Assembly: GCA_038227875.1 (NCBI GenBank)
Contig: JBBRPR010000004.1
Location: 128,001 to 192,000 of the forward strand
Reading direction: 5' to 3'
Length of the DNA stretch: 64,000 nucleotides
Source: Planctomycetota bacterium
GTDB taxonomy: Bacteria; Planctomycetota; SZUA-567; H5-PLA8
The notes under the pieces are model-generated. The model had not been told where the DNA came from, did no database searches, and saw nothing but the letters and a program-made list of their open reading frames with translations. The position numbers and the translations under genes are program-made. Below, piece by piece: positions 1 to 9,260 of this stretch (the first letter of the stretch is position 1; every line of letters starts with the position of its first letter).

Positions 1-595
1 TGCCCACATCCTGGTGGTAGAGCACCGGCGGTTCGGCCAGCATCGCGCCGAGGCAATTCTCAATAAAGTCGAGGTTCTCATTCCAATAGGAGTGCTGGAA
101 ACCGGGATCCAAGGCATGCACCGACCTGCCCAGACGAAGAATTTTTCGCGCGTAGTCTTCAAACGTTCGCTCCTCGTAGAAGCGCGTTTGAAATTCATTT
201 TGAGCGTTGACGCTCAATGGAACCATTGTCAACGCAGCGATGGCTTTGCCGGATTCACGGCAGGCGGATCGCCAGGCTTCCTCTCCGTCGACGTCTTTCG
301 CACGATGCAGCCACGTACCGGGAATGTGGGTCATAAGCACCATGTCCTGATCGCAATCCCCCTGTAATTTTGCGACCAGGTTCGTGTCATGCCAGTGTCG
401 CATGCCGAAACATTCGCGTTCTTTTCGACCCACATCGCAGCAGTGTTTAAAAATGACGTTCGTATCGCCCCGCCGCGCGTAGACCACGTGATTGGTCGAA
501 CCCTGTCCGAGTTGCGGCACGTCGCGGGAATACTCCGGATGCGCCGCAATGAACGCATCGACTTTGGAGAGCGTGTGCTCCATGGAGCAATTCAT
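1..595 (-). CDS. Aminoglycoside phosphotransferase/choline kinase-like (APH family) protein, truncated by the window edge
   Basis: Absent from the ORF track because it has no stop in the window. Hand translation from ATG 595 (or 583) is open to base 1: glycine-rich LGQGSTNHV, VIFK lysine motif, ending at LYHQDVG (HxD catalytic loop). Confidence 0.7.
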   Translation of the reverse strand, partial: MNCSMEHTLSKVDAFIAAHPEYSRDVPQLGQGSTNHVVYARRGDTNVIFKHCCDVGRKERECFGMRHWHDTNLVAKLQGDCDQDMVLMTHIPGTWLHRAKDVDGEEAWRSACRESGKAIAALTMVPLSVNAQNEFQTRFYEERTFEDYARKILRLGRSVHALDPGFQHSYWNENLDFIENCLGAMLAEPPVLYHQDVG

Positions 596-625
596 GGCGA
601 TAGTCCGGAACACTGCCTGTAGATA

Positions 626-1633
626 TTAATTCGAGGTGCGACACACCACGCGGCGGCGTCCCACCACATGAACCGTCCCGCGCTGATTCTGGCGCGTCGA
701 ATACACGCGCGTTTTCGCGCCGGTCATCAGCAGGATTTCCTGGGCCGCCTGGTAGGCCAGGTCGGCGCGGTTGCAATCTTCGCTCAGATGCATCTGCACT
801 AAAACTTCCGGGCCGCCGTTGGGGCCGGTTTCGACGATTTTTCGGAAGACGTCCGCGGCCTGGCCGTTTGAGAGATGACCCTCGCCGCCCATGACGCGTT
901 GAATCAAGCGTGGATGGCGGCCGCTGGTGCGTTCCAGGTGTTCGTCGTGATTGAATTCCAGCGCGAGCAAGTCGACGTCGTGAACAGCCTGCATGACTTC
1001 ATCGGCGCAGCGGCCGATGTCGACCAGGTAGCCCAGGCGCACCCATTCTTCCAGATTGGATTCTGCATAGGTCGAAGGTTCTTCCGCGAGCGTGACGGGC
1101 ACGGTCTCGGCTCCAGACGCGTGGGCGCCGATCTCCGGGCCACGTGCTTCGATGCGGAAACCGAACGTCGGCGGCGCGTCGTGGGGCACGGGAATGGGGT
1201 GAAAACGGAGCACGTCCAACGGGCCGGGTGCGGCCAGATCTTCGCCGGGTCCAAAGCGCGTGAACTGCGCGCGCCGTCCGCCGGACGCCTGCAACTGAAA
1301 GCTCGTGCCGTTGTAGGTCAGCACCAGGTCCTTCGCCGCGAGTCGCTTGAAGTAACGCCCGCCGGCGAGATGCGCCGCGTGGCGTTCGTGGCAGATAAAG
1401 GGGACCTCGTGCTCGAGGCAGTACGTCAGGCACTTTTTGGAAAGATGGTCGGCGTGCGTGTGGGTGAGAATGATGCCGTGCAGAGTGCGCCAGGAAGCGC
1501 CGGTGCCGTGGAGGCGTTCAGCGAGGTCATCGGGTTGAAAACCGGCGTCGATGAGGACGTGAAGCTGCGGTGTCATCAACAGCACCGCGTTGCCCTGAGA
1601 TCCGGAGCCCAGCACACAGAATTTTACGCTCAT
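626..1633 (-). CDS. MBL-fold metallo-hydrolase (YycJ/WalJ/PhnP-like)
   Basis: MSVKFCVLGSGSQGN start, IDAG, THTHADH metal motif, PHDA, LEFNHD, GHLSN, MHLSEDCN. Start moved to ATG 1633 from the track's TTG. Confidence 0.9.
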   Translation of the reverse strand: MSVKFCVLGSGSQGNAVLLMTPQLHVLIDAGFQPDDLAERLHGTGASWRTLHGIILTHTHADHLSKKCLTYCLEHEVPFICHERHAAHLAGGRYFKRLAAKDLVLTYNGTSFQLQASGGRRAQFTRFGPGEDLAAPGPLDVLRFHPIPVPHDAPPTFGFRIEARGPEIGAHASGAETVPVTLAEEPSTYAESNLEEWVRLGYLVDIGRCADEVMQAVHDVDLLALEFNHDEHLERTSGRHPRLIQRVMGGEGHLSNGQAADVFRKIVETGPNGGPEVLVQMHLSEDCNRADLAYQAAQEILLMTGAKTRVYSTRQNQRGTVHVVGRRRVVCRTSN

Positions 1634-1742
1634 GGCCCGTAAGAGTAACAAAGCCCGAGCGGATGAGAAGAATTTTTTCAGAGAGAAATTAGGGTAGAAG
1701 GCTGTTTTGACGAGGCGTGGGAGGTGTTGCAAGACGTCGCGA

Positions 1743-1783
1743 AACCTAACCCCCGGCCCCCTTCCCTGGGAGGGAAGGGGGAG
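1743..1783. repeat. REP-like GC-rich hairpin
   Basis: AACCTAACCCCCGG lead-in, then an 11-bp inverted repeat CCCCCTTCCCT (1757-1767) / AGGGAAGGGGG (1771-1781). Confidence 0.6.
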
Positions 1784-1791
1784 ACGGGAGA

Positions 1792-1915
1792 GCCTATCGC
1801 CTACGGCCTTCTGCCTTCTATCCCACCACTGCGCAGCAACCGCTCGCCGCTCCAGTACGCGTTCCCATCTCTGACCCCTGGCCCCTGACCCCTGGCCCCT
1901 CGCGCGTCAGCGCGC
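1792..1915. repeat. Dispersed heptamer-repeat element, copy 1 (CTGCCTTCTA ... CCCATCT(CTGRCCC)n ... GCGCGTCAGCGC)
   Basis: Tandem CTGACCC/CTGGCCC units at 1871-1900; related copies at about 34730-34796 and 53764-53858 (inverted). Confidence 0.7.
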
Positions 1916-3979
1916 TTACGCTTCCGCGGTCTCAGGCTCTTCCTCTTCATCAGCGGGCGGCGGGGTGAGCGCGACTTCGACGGCTTTGACCAAGTCCTCG
2001 CTGCTGAATGGTTTCAGCAGCACGGTGGCCGGGCCGGGGCAGCCGTCGATCAGCGTTTCAACGCTCGGGCCGCGCACGAAACCGCTGGCGAATAGCACGG
2101 GAAGGTCCGGGCGTAACACTTGCATGCGCAGGTACGTTTCGAGGCCGCCCATCAGCGGCATGTACGCGTCGAGGATCACGAGATTAATCGTGGCCGGCGA
2201 TTCCTGGAAGCGTTCGAAGGCTTCCTGACCGTTGGAGGCCAGGACGACTTCGTACCCTTGCTGGCGCAGCGACCAGCCCATGAAAGTGCGGAAGTTTTCC
2301 TCGTCGTCGGCGATCAGCACGCGGCGCACGCCGGCTTTCGCGGCGGGCATCTGCATCGGGTCGTTGGGCAGCGGCACGTGTTCGCGCGGACGCGGGCCTT
2401 CGCCGGCGGCGCGGGTGAGTCCCTGAAAGGAACTGTCGCCGCTGGCGCTGGCGACCCCGTTGCTCATGCCTGATCCGCCGTTGGCGCCGGCGTCGAGGGC
2501 GGGAAGATCCAGTTCGATCAGCGTGCCCTTGCCGCTGGTGATGACTTCCAATTGCGCGCGGTGGTAGCGGGCGATGGCGCGGGCCAGCGCGATGCCCGGG
2601 GCTTCGGTGCCGTGGCCGGACATCAGCGGGCGCGAGCCCGGCGCGCTGGGCGTCGCGGAACGCGAGCCGGTGTCTTCGATCGAAAAGGCCGCCTGAATCA
2701 GCGAGGGATGCAGTTGCCGCGGGCGGAAGGTTTTCAGCGTGAGCGTGCCGTTGACCAGGCGTGTCTGCAGGTGTTTGCCCAGCACCAGGATCATCGTGCG
2801 CAGCAGCCGGGCGTCGACGCGCACGCGGGGCAGGTCCAGGCCCAAGTCCACTTTGACGGCAAATCCGTCGGGCACGATATGCCGCAGCAAGTGTCCGGCG
2901 TCGGCGATGGCCGCGTTGAGATCGGTCTCCGGCAGCGCGCCTTCGATGCGGCCCAGCAAATCGGCGGAGCGGCGGAGCAAGCCGACCGCATCCTGTCCGG
3001 CGTCAACGATGGCACCGATATTGGGAGCGGGCAACTGGCCCGGCGGCAGCGCCATGCGCATCGCCGATGCCTGCGCGATAATCACGCTCAGGTAATTGTT
3101 CAGTTCGTGATGAATCGACGACGTCAGCATCGCCAGCACGGTCTGATCTTCAGCGACGTCCTTGCGTTCGGTTTCCAGGCGCGCGCTGGTGAGGTCGACG
3201 GCCTGCACGAGAATGCCGGAGATGTTGTTCTCGTCGCGCAAGGGCTTGAACGAAACGCCCAGCCAGTTCTGGCGGTGGGCGGCGAGCTCCGCCAGGCGCC
3301 CTTCTTCGGCAACGGCGGCCATCGCGCCGGAGATGTTGCTCCCCGCGGCGACGGCAAATTCGGAGTACCACGCCGGCGGCAGGACCACGGTTTCGCCGGC
3401 CCAGGCGCGGTCGAGCGCGCCTTTCATCGTGGGGCTTAAGATCAGATTCTTCACCCAGCTCAGCGGCCGCGACGGCGCGCTGTCGGGCTGCCGCGGGTAG
3501 CGCGTGACGCTGTTGTGCGACGAGACGAAAAACAGCGCGTGCGGCAGTCCTTGCGCGTTTTCCAGAGCGGCGCTGCGGTGGACGTGGAGTTCGCGGAAGA
3601 CGCTCTCGCGGTCGCCACATTCGTGAGCGACAACAAGGTACGCGGAGTCGACTTTACCGACGTGGGTTTCGAGGTCCGCGTCGCTCCAGGGAATCAGCGA
3701 GATGGTCAGGTCGACATTGATGGCGGCATTGTCGTGGCCGAGGAACTGGGCTTCGAGGCGCAGGCAGCCTTCCGGCCGCAGCGCCCGGATCAACGGACTG
3801 AGCCGCTCCAGGCTGGCGGCGGAGAGAAAGTCGGAGGTGTTCTTGCCGACAAGCTGGACGCGCGGGACGCCGAGCATCAGCGCGGCGGCGTCGTTGGCTT
3901 CCAGAATAACGCCCGACGCATCCTCAACGAACAGAGGATCCGCGAAGTGGGAGAAAAGATGCCGGTACCGTTCGGGCAC
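1916..3979 (-). CDS. Hybrid sensor protein: PAS, HisKA, degenerate HATPase, C-terminal receiver domain
   Basis: N-terminal PAS (ILEANDAAALMLG), H-box HHELNNYL, receiver VLIADDE...LVILD...MP...SG...LLKPF. Confidence 0.85.
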   Translation of the reverse strand: MPERYRHLFSHFADPLFVEDASGVILEANDAAALMLGVPRVQLVGKNTSDFLSAASLERLSPLIRALRPEGCLRLEAQFLGHDNAAINVDLTISLIPWSDADLETHVGKVDSAYLVVAHECGDRESVFRELHVHRSAALENAQGLPHALFFVSSHNSVTRYPRQPDSAPSRPLSWVKNLILSPTMKGALDRAWAGETVVLPPAWYSEFAVAAGSNISGAMAAVAEEGRLAELAAHRQNWLGVSFKPLRDENNISGILVQAVDLTSARLETERKDVAEDQTVLAMLTSSIHHELNNYLSVIIAQASAMRMALPPGQLPAPNIGAIVDAGQDAVGLLRRSADLLGRIEGALPETDLNAAIADAGHLLRHIVPDGFAVKVDLGLDLPRVRVDARLLRTMILVLGKHLQTRLVNGTLTLKTFRPRQLHPSLIQAAFSIEDTGSRSATPSAPGSRPLMSGHGTEAPGIALARAIARYHRAQLEVITSGKGTLIELDLPALDAGANGGSGMSNGVASASGDSSFQGLTRAAGEGPRPREHVPLPNDPMQMPAAKAGVRRVLIADDEENFRTFMGWSLRQQGYEVVLASNGQEAFERFQESPATINLVILDAYMPLMGGLETYLRMQVLRPDLPVLFASGFVRGPSVETLIDGCPGPATVLLKPFSSEDLVKAVEVALTPPPADEEEEPETAEA

Positions 3980-4057
3980 AAATTGGGCCCTTTGATCTGA
4001 CGACGATTAGCAATCTTTCGAGCGACTCACCCGCAGTTCGTCCGGAGTGTTGATCTT

Positions 4058-4087
4058 TAACCAGGTATTAAATTTAATACCAGGTTA
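4058..4087. repeat. ACC-N8-AATT-N8-GGT palindrome, family member
   Basis: TAACCAGGTATTAAATTTAATACCAGGTTA, one mismatched pair; overlaps the stop codon of the 4085-5926 gene. Confidence 0.75.
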
Positions 4088-5926
4088 CTCGTCTCCTCCA
4101 TGACCTCCGTCGTACAACGGCGTTTCCTTGATGTCGCGAGGCACGAGCACCTTGGCATTGATTTGGGTCTGGAGCGTCGAGCCGATGTATTGCGAGTAGG
4201 ACTGAGCGATCTGGCTGCGCTTTTCTTCGCGGTCCCAGGCCGTGTCCTTTTCAAACGTGACCGCGGTGGGCAGCTGCAGTTCCACCGGGAAGCCGACGTA
4301 GAAAATTTTGTGCGGCGGCGGATTCTGATTCTCCGGCGTCGGTGTTTCCAGCGGGCCACTCGCGACGGGGAGCACTTCGCCGATGCCCCGGGGTGAGGAG
4401 AAATACATCTTCGCGATCGGCGACTTGTACTGGCCGGCGATGTCGGATTTGATCTCGAGCATCTCGTCGATCTTCGGCAGTTCCTTGCCCTGATCCCAGT
4501 CGTCGTGCGCCTTCTGTGCGTCCTTGTTGGCCATATCGGCGGCATCGAGAATCTTCAGGCGTTCGATGATCGCCGGCTTGGCGTCTTCCAGCGCTTTGAG
4601 CTTGGCGTCGGTGTAGGCGGTCTTGCGCGCCATCACGAAGCCCTTTTCAGGCTTGCCCGGTTCGATCATGTTGGGCTGAGTCCAACCTTCGAACTGCTTC
4701 TTGAACCAATCCTTGTACTTTTCGTTGTCGCCGCGGCCGCCCATTTCCGGGACGTGCGCCCAGAAGAAAATGTCCTTCACCCACTCGGCGTCGGTGGCTT
4801 TGATTTCCTTCTTGCCCTTCTTATAGACATCCTGGGCCTGTTCGGGAGTGGTCCAGTAGGTCAGGTAGGTCAGGTTCTTTTTGGCGACCCATTCGTCGAC
4901 CTTGAACGGCTTGCGCTGCGCTTCCGGCTGCTTGGCCTGTTCGTCCTTCCACGCGGTTTCGGCCTTCTCGAGATCGTTCTTGATCGTGCCCAGTTCGCTG
5001 GTGGCCTGGTTCTTCTTCTCGTCGCGCCACTTGGTTTCGACATCGGCCTTGACCGTGTCATACGGCTTGAACTTCGGCGGATCGCCCGGCTTGGCCGGCG
5101 GGCCGTCCTGGTAAATGATGGGCTTCTGGCGTTCGTAGAACGCTTTCAGGTCGTCTTCGGTCGGCTTCAATCCAGCGAGGTACTTCTCGGTGTCGAAGCC
5201 GATCAGTTCCGCCGCCATCGTCGGCTGTGTGAAGAGCACGCTCTCCAGATCCTTGAGTTCTTCGGCCTTCACGTCCTTGTTGTTATTGTAGAAGCTCTTG
5301 ATCTTCTCTTCCGTTGGCTGGGGGACTTTGGTCAGGTAATCGGTGCTCTTGAATTCCGAGTAGCGGATGCGCACGACCTGCTTTTCGCGGCAGTAGTCGG
5401 CGAAGAGTTCGCCGTCGCCGACGTGGAAGTCCATCGCAAACTGCTGGAACTTGCCGCGCAGCGCGACTTCGTGGGTCGTCTCTTCGAAATCGATGCCCGT
5501 CATCTGCATCGCGTTGAGCAGCTTGCCGTAGATTTCTTCGTCGGCCTTCGGCGGCGCCTTGCCTTCACGCATCTGGATCTGGTTCTTCACGGCGTTGCGC
5601 AGGATCTGGCGCATCTCTTCGGTGCCCGTTTCGAAACCGGCGTGGCGGGCGAGGCTGACTTCCAGCATGTGTTCGCCGACGTCGCTGGAGTTCACCGGAC
5701 CGCCGCGGCGCAGATACTTGCTGAGCTTCAAGCGGTAATTGTAAGTCTCACTAGGGCTGAGCGAATATTCGGTCTTGCCCATCGAATAACGCACGGTCGG
5801 CCCGGATCCGCCAAAGAGCGTACCGCCTCTTCCGCCAAACCCGAACGCCGCCATACTGACAATCACGACTGGGAGCAACACCCAATACACGAACATCTTG
5901 TGCTGTCGAAACCATTCTAGCTGCAT
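4085..5926 (-). CDS. Membrane-anchored periplasmic chaperone, PpiD/SurA-N-like
   Basis: N-terminus LEWFRQHK plus TM helix typical of PpiD-like proteins; repeated PTEEKIKSFY / PTEDDLKAFY and KPYDTVKADV / KALEDAKPAI motifs. Confidence 0.6.
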   Translation of the reverse strand: MQLEWFRQHKMFVYWVLLPVVIVSMAAFGFGGRGGTLFGGSGPTVRYSMGKTEYSLSPSETYNYRLKLSKYLRRGGPVNSSDVGEHMLEVSLARHAGFETGTEEMRQILRNAVKNQIQMREGKAPPKADEEIYGKLLNAMQMTGIDFEETTHEVALRGKFQQFAMDFHVGDGELFADYCREKQVVRIRYSEFKSTDYLTKVPQPTEEKIKSFYNNNKDVKAEELKDLESVLFTQPTMAAELIGFDTEKYLAGLKPTEDDLKAFYERQKPIIYQDGPPAKPGDPPKFKPYDTVKADVETKWRDEKKNQATSELGTIKNDLEKAETAWKDEQAKQPEAQRKPFKVDEWVAKKNLTYLTYWTTPEQAQDVYKKGKKEIKATDAEWVKDIFFWAHVPEMGGRGDNEKYKDWFKKQFEGWTQPNMIEPGKPEKGFVMARKTAYTDAKLKALEDAKPAIIERLKILDAADMANKDAQKAHDDWDQGKELPKIDEMLEIKSDIAGQYKSPIAKMYFSSPRGIGEVLPVASGPLETPTPENQNPPPHKIFYVGFPVELQLPTAVTFEKDTAWDREEKRSQIAQSYSQYIGSTLQTQINAKVLVPRDIKETPLYDGGHGGDE

Positions 5927-6010
5927 GCTGACCCCTAATGAAAATTGCCTCTAAAGACGCGTGGACGCTACCTTAATGGAGGGGCGGGGAATTTGCCAAT
6001 GAGATAACGG

Positions 6011-6160
6011 ACTAAACGGAGTCATTGGTCATTGGGCATCGGTCATTTTTCATTTGTCATCTACGGGAGCGATAGTCAGGCATGTACGACTACCAATACG
6101 CTCCTCGGAAATGAAAAATGACAAATGACCGATGCCCAATGACCAATGACTCCGTTCAGT
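6011..6160. repeat. 150-bp long imperfect palindrome with GTCATTG-type heptamer arms
   Basis: 6011-6060 matches the reverse complement of 6111-6160 at 47/50 positions; the spacer also pairs (GGAGCG/CGCTCC, TAGTC/GACTA). Confidence 0.85.
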
Positions 6161-6164
6161 TCCC

Positions 6165-7748
6165 TCACTCCAGCCGCTTCTTCACCACCTCCACCGCGTC
6201 TTCGACCTTGATGCGGTCCTGCTTCATGCTGTCGCGTTCGCGGATGGTGACGGTGCCGTCGGTGGCGGTCTGGCCGTCGACGGTGATGCAGTAGGGCGTA
6301 CCGCATTCGTCCTGGCGGCGGTAGCGGCGGCCGATGGCGTCCTTCTCGTCGTACACAGCCTTGATCTGCTGCTTGAAGAACTTCTCGACGACCAGGCGCG
6401 CGGCTTCGGGCATGCCGTCCTTTTTCACCAGCGGGAAGACGGCGACTTTCGTCGGCGCCAGGCGCGGGTGCAGACGCAGCACCGTGCGGCCTTCCGTGGT
6501 TCCCGGCGGCGGCGGCTCTTCGACGTAGGCATCGAGCAAGAACGCCAGCGTCGCGCGATCGGCGCCGGCGGCCGGTTCGATCACGTACGGGTGGTAGTGC
6601 GCGTTCTTCTGCGAATCAAAGAAGGTCAGCTTCTTGCCGCTGGCTTTTTCGTGCGCTTTCAGATCGTAATCGGAGCGGTGGGCGATGCCTTCCAGCTCAC
6701 CCCAGCCCCACGGGTATTCGTATTCCACGTCGGCGCAGGCCTTGGCATAGTGCGCCAGCTCGGAACCTTCGTGGTCGCGCAGGCGGAGTTTCTCCTTGCG
6801 CAGTCCCAGCGACTGGTACCAGTTCATCCGTTGTTCGCACCAGTATTTGTACCAGTACATGTCGTCCTTGCCTTCGTCGGCGTACTGCGGCGGCGGCACG
6901 AAGAACTCCATTTCCATCTGCTCGAATTCGCAGCTGCGGAAGGTGAAATGTTCGACCGTGATTTCGTTGCGGAAGCTCTTGCCCTGCTGCGCGATGCCGA
7001 AGGGCGGCTTCAACCGCATGCTGTTCTGCACGTTCAGGAAGTTCACGAACATCGCCTGCGCGGTTTCCGGTCGCAGGTAGACGGCCGATTCGCCGATCGC
7101 ATCGGCCAGCGCGGCGCGCAGTTCATCGCCGCTCAGCGACTTGTTTTCCAGCCGCGCGGCGATGGTCTCGATCGGATCGATGCTGCCCAGTGAGGTCCGG
7201 AACATCAGGTTGAACTTGCGGATATCCGACATGTTCGGACTGCCGCAATTCGGACAGACGATGCCCAGCTTGCCCACCGGTCCCTTGCGCGTTTCCTTCT
7301 TGCCGCTCTGGTGATCGACGATGACTTTGAATTCGACTTCCGTGCCTTCGGCGACCTGCGGCCACTTGTCGGCGCGGCCGCGTTCCTTGCAGTCTTTGCA
7401 GTCGACCATCGGATCGCTGAAGCCGGCGAGATGTCCCGACGCGCGCCACACATTGGGGTGCATGATGATGCTGGCGTCGATGCCGACGACGTCTTCGCGG
7501 CCGTGGACCATCGTGCGCCACCACTCCGCCTTGACGTTGCGTTTCAGTTCCGCGCCGAGCGGACCGTAGTCGTAGCAGCTCTTCAAGCCGCCGTAGATTT
7601 CCGAAGACTGAAAGACGAAGCCGCGCTGTTTGCACAGCGAGACAATCTTCTCCATGATCTCCGGCTCGGCGCTGGCCTTGGGTTTGTCTTTTTTGGGTTT
7701 GTTGCTGTTCTCGGGCCTGGGACTATCGCTTTTGGGACTGTCGCTCAT
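6165..7748 (-). CDS. glyS: Glycine--tRNA ligase (alpha2 dimeric type)
   Basis: SSEIYGG, YDYGPLG, YLRPETAQ, GKSFRNEI, FEQMEMEFF, VIEPAAGADR, anticodon-binding IGRRYRRQDECGTP. Confidence 0.97.
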   Translation of the reverse strand: MSDSPKSDSPRPENSNKPKKDKPKASAEPEIMEKIVSLCKQRGFVFQSSEIYGGLKSCYDYGPLGAELKRNVKAEWWRTMVHGREDVVGIDASIIMHPNVWRASGHLAGFSDPMVDCKDCKERGRADKWPQVAEGTEVEFKVIVDHQSGKKETRKGPVGKLGIVCPNCGSPNMSDIRKFNLMFRTSLGSIDPIETIAARLENKSLSGDELRAALADAIGESAVYLRPETAQAMFVNFLNVQNSMRLKPPFGIAQQGKSFRNEITVEHFTFRSCEFEQMEMEFFVPPPQYADEGKDDMYWYKYWCEQRMNWYQSLGLRKEKLRLRDHEGSELAHYAKACADVEYEYPWGWGELEGIAHRSDYDLKAHEKASGKKLTFFDSQKNAHYHPYVIEPAAGADRATLAFLLDAYVEEPPPPGTTEGRTVLRLHPRLAPTKVAVFPLVKKDGMPEAARLVVEKFFKQQIKAVYDEKDAIGRRYRRQDECGTPYCITVDGQTATDGTVTIRERDSMKQDRIKVEDAVEVVKKRLE

Positions 7749-8083
7749 GGTAACGTTATTCTCCGTTTCACCGGGCGCTGGACGGCGCGCGGGACCGCAA
7801 AAGCTACCAGCTTATGCAGTATCAGCAATAAAAGGTATGAGGAGTTGGCCGAAGCGGCCGCGCGGTCTCCGGCCGATCAGCCGGGCCGCGCTAAATACCC
7901 AACAGCCCGCTGAAAAAGCCTCGTTCCGCCAAGTTTCTCCGTGAAACGCCTGGCAGTAAAGGCGTTTCTCGGCGCAGTCCAAGGGGTTCACAGCGGGCTG
8001 TTAAGCCGGCAAAGGAAGGAAGTGGCGTCGCGTTCATGGTCTGATCAACATATTCCATGGAGGATGAAAAAGCAATTCATCAG

Positions 8084-8184
8084 AACCCGTGTGCCAATTG
8101 GCACACGGGTTGTCGTGTCATTTTGACCTTAGGAGCAATTGCTCCTAAGGTCAGAACAACCCTGGTACAAATTTGGACCAGGGT
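8084..8184. repeat. Three tandem zero-loop palindromes of the ACC-N8-AATT-N8-GGT family
   Basis: 8084-8111 perfect 28 bp; 8124-8153 perfect 30 bp; 8159-8184 26 bp with one mismatch. Confidence 0.9.
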
Positions 8185-8315
8185 CGGAAACGTGTTGTAG
8201 GGGAACCTCCAGGACACGTGGCTTGGGGCGAGTTCCTTGCGAATAATCTTTGCGATTTCCGAACCTGGCGCGTGCTCCGTCTGTCTAGACTTCAGTAGAA
8301 CGTGGAGGCGAGCGG

Positions 8316-9260
8316 GTGACCCAGAGGGACATCGACCTGGCAAAGGCGGGCGACTTGCCGGCGTTTGAGCGGTTGGTCGAACACTTTCAGCCGATGGTCG
8401 AAAGCGTGGCGCTTGGCTTTCTGGCGCGGCACGAAGATGTGCAGGACTGCGTGCAGGAAACGTTTCTGCGCGCATACACGGCGCTGCCGGCGCTGCGTTC
8501 CTCCGTCGCGTTTCCAGTGTGGCTGATGTCCATCGCGCGAACCACGGCGCTCAACCAGCGTGACAAACGCTCGCGGCGCCGCGAAGTGACCTTGGACGTT
8601 CCGGAAGCCGATCGCGCCGGGCCAGAACCCTCTTCAGCAAACGAACCGCTGGAGGTCGCCCTGCGCGAACTGGAGCCGCGCAAACGCCAGTTGTTACTGC
8701 TCCATTATTTTGACGAATTGCCGGTCGCGCGCATCGCCGAACTGTTGTCCAGTCCGGAGGGCTCGGTTAAACGCCTGCTCCACGAAGCCCGGGCGCAGTT
8801 GCGCGAACTGCTCCAGCCCGCCGATGTGAAAGTCCGTCTGGCCGAACACGCCCCCGAATTGCGGAGACAGATTATGGACGAAGCACCGATCGTGAAATTC
8901 ACCAACATATTGCTGTTGACCGCGTTCAAGGAAAATGCCATACGCATCGTGATCGATCCGAGCGAATCCAATCCGCGCGTGAGTCTTGATGTGCTGGGTC
9001 AGATCCAGGATATTCCGCCCGCAACACCGCGTGTCCTGCAAGGCGCCTGCGATCGGCTCTGGCTGTTAAGCGGCGGAAAGAGCGTGTCAATTTACGCCAA
9101 CGGCGTATCCCGTGCCGTCCAGGCGCGGCGCGAGCCCGATGGGCGGATGACAGTGGAGATCGGCGAGCCTGACCCCTCAGGCCGGCGTGAACTGCCCGAG
9201 CACCCGCGGCCCCTGGGCTCCGGTGGCGCTGGGGAGATTGCTGGGGCGGCCGAGGGCTGA
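8316..9260 (+). CDS. ECF-type RNA polymerase sigma factor with a C-terminal PilB/GspE N2-like domain
   Basis: Region 2 (AFERLV...DCVQETFLRAY...FPVWLMSIAR) and region 4 (LLLLHYFDELPVARIAELL...GSVKRLLHEAR); tail begins DEAPIVKFTNILLLTAFKENAIRIVIDP. Confidence 0.85.
   Translation: MTQRDIDLAKAGDLPAFERLVEHFQPMVESVALGFLARHEDVQDCVQETFLRAYTALPALRSSVAFPVWLMSIARTTALNQRDKRSRRREVTLDVPEADRAGPEPSSANEPLEVALRELEPRKRQLLLLHYFDELPVARIAELLSSPEGSVKRLLHEARAQLRELLQPADVKVRLAEHAPELRRQIMDEAPIVKFTNILLLTAFKENAIRIVIDPSESNPRVSLDVLGQIQDIPPATPRVLQGACDRLWLLSGGKSVSIYANGVSRAVQARREPDGRMTVEIGEPDPSGRRELPEHPRPLGSGGAGEIAGAAEG

Noticed and set aside
6076..6306. Small ORFs running through heptamer or REP repeats (also 34685-34873, 52389-52731, 62552-63129)
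   Set aside because: Their translations simply reflect the repeat periodicity; not credible genes.
8084..8184. CRISPR array or integron attC sites
   Set aside because: The units are not identical repeats with spacers, lack attC core sites and extrahelical bases, and no cas or integrase gene is present.
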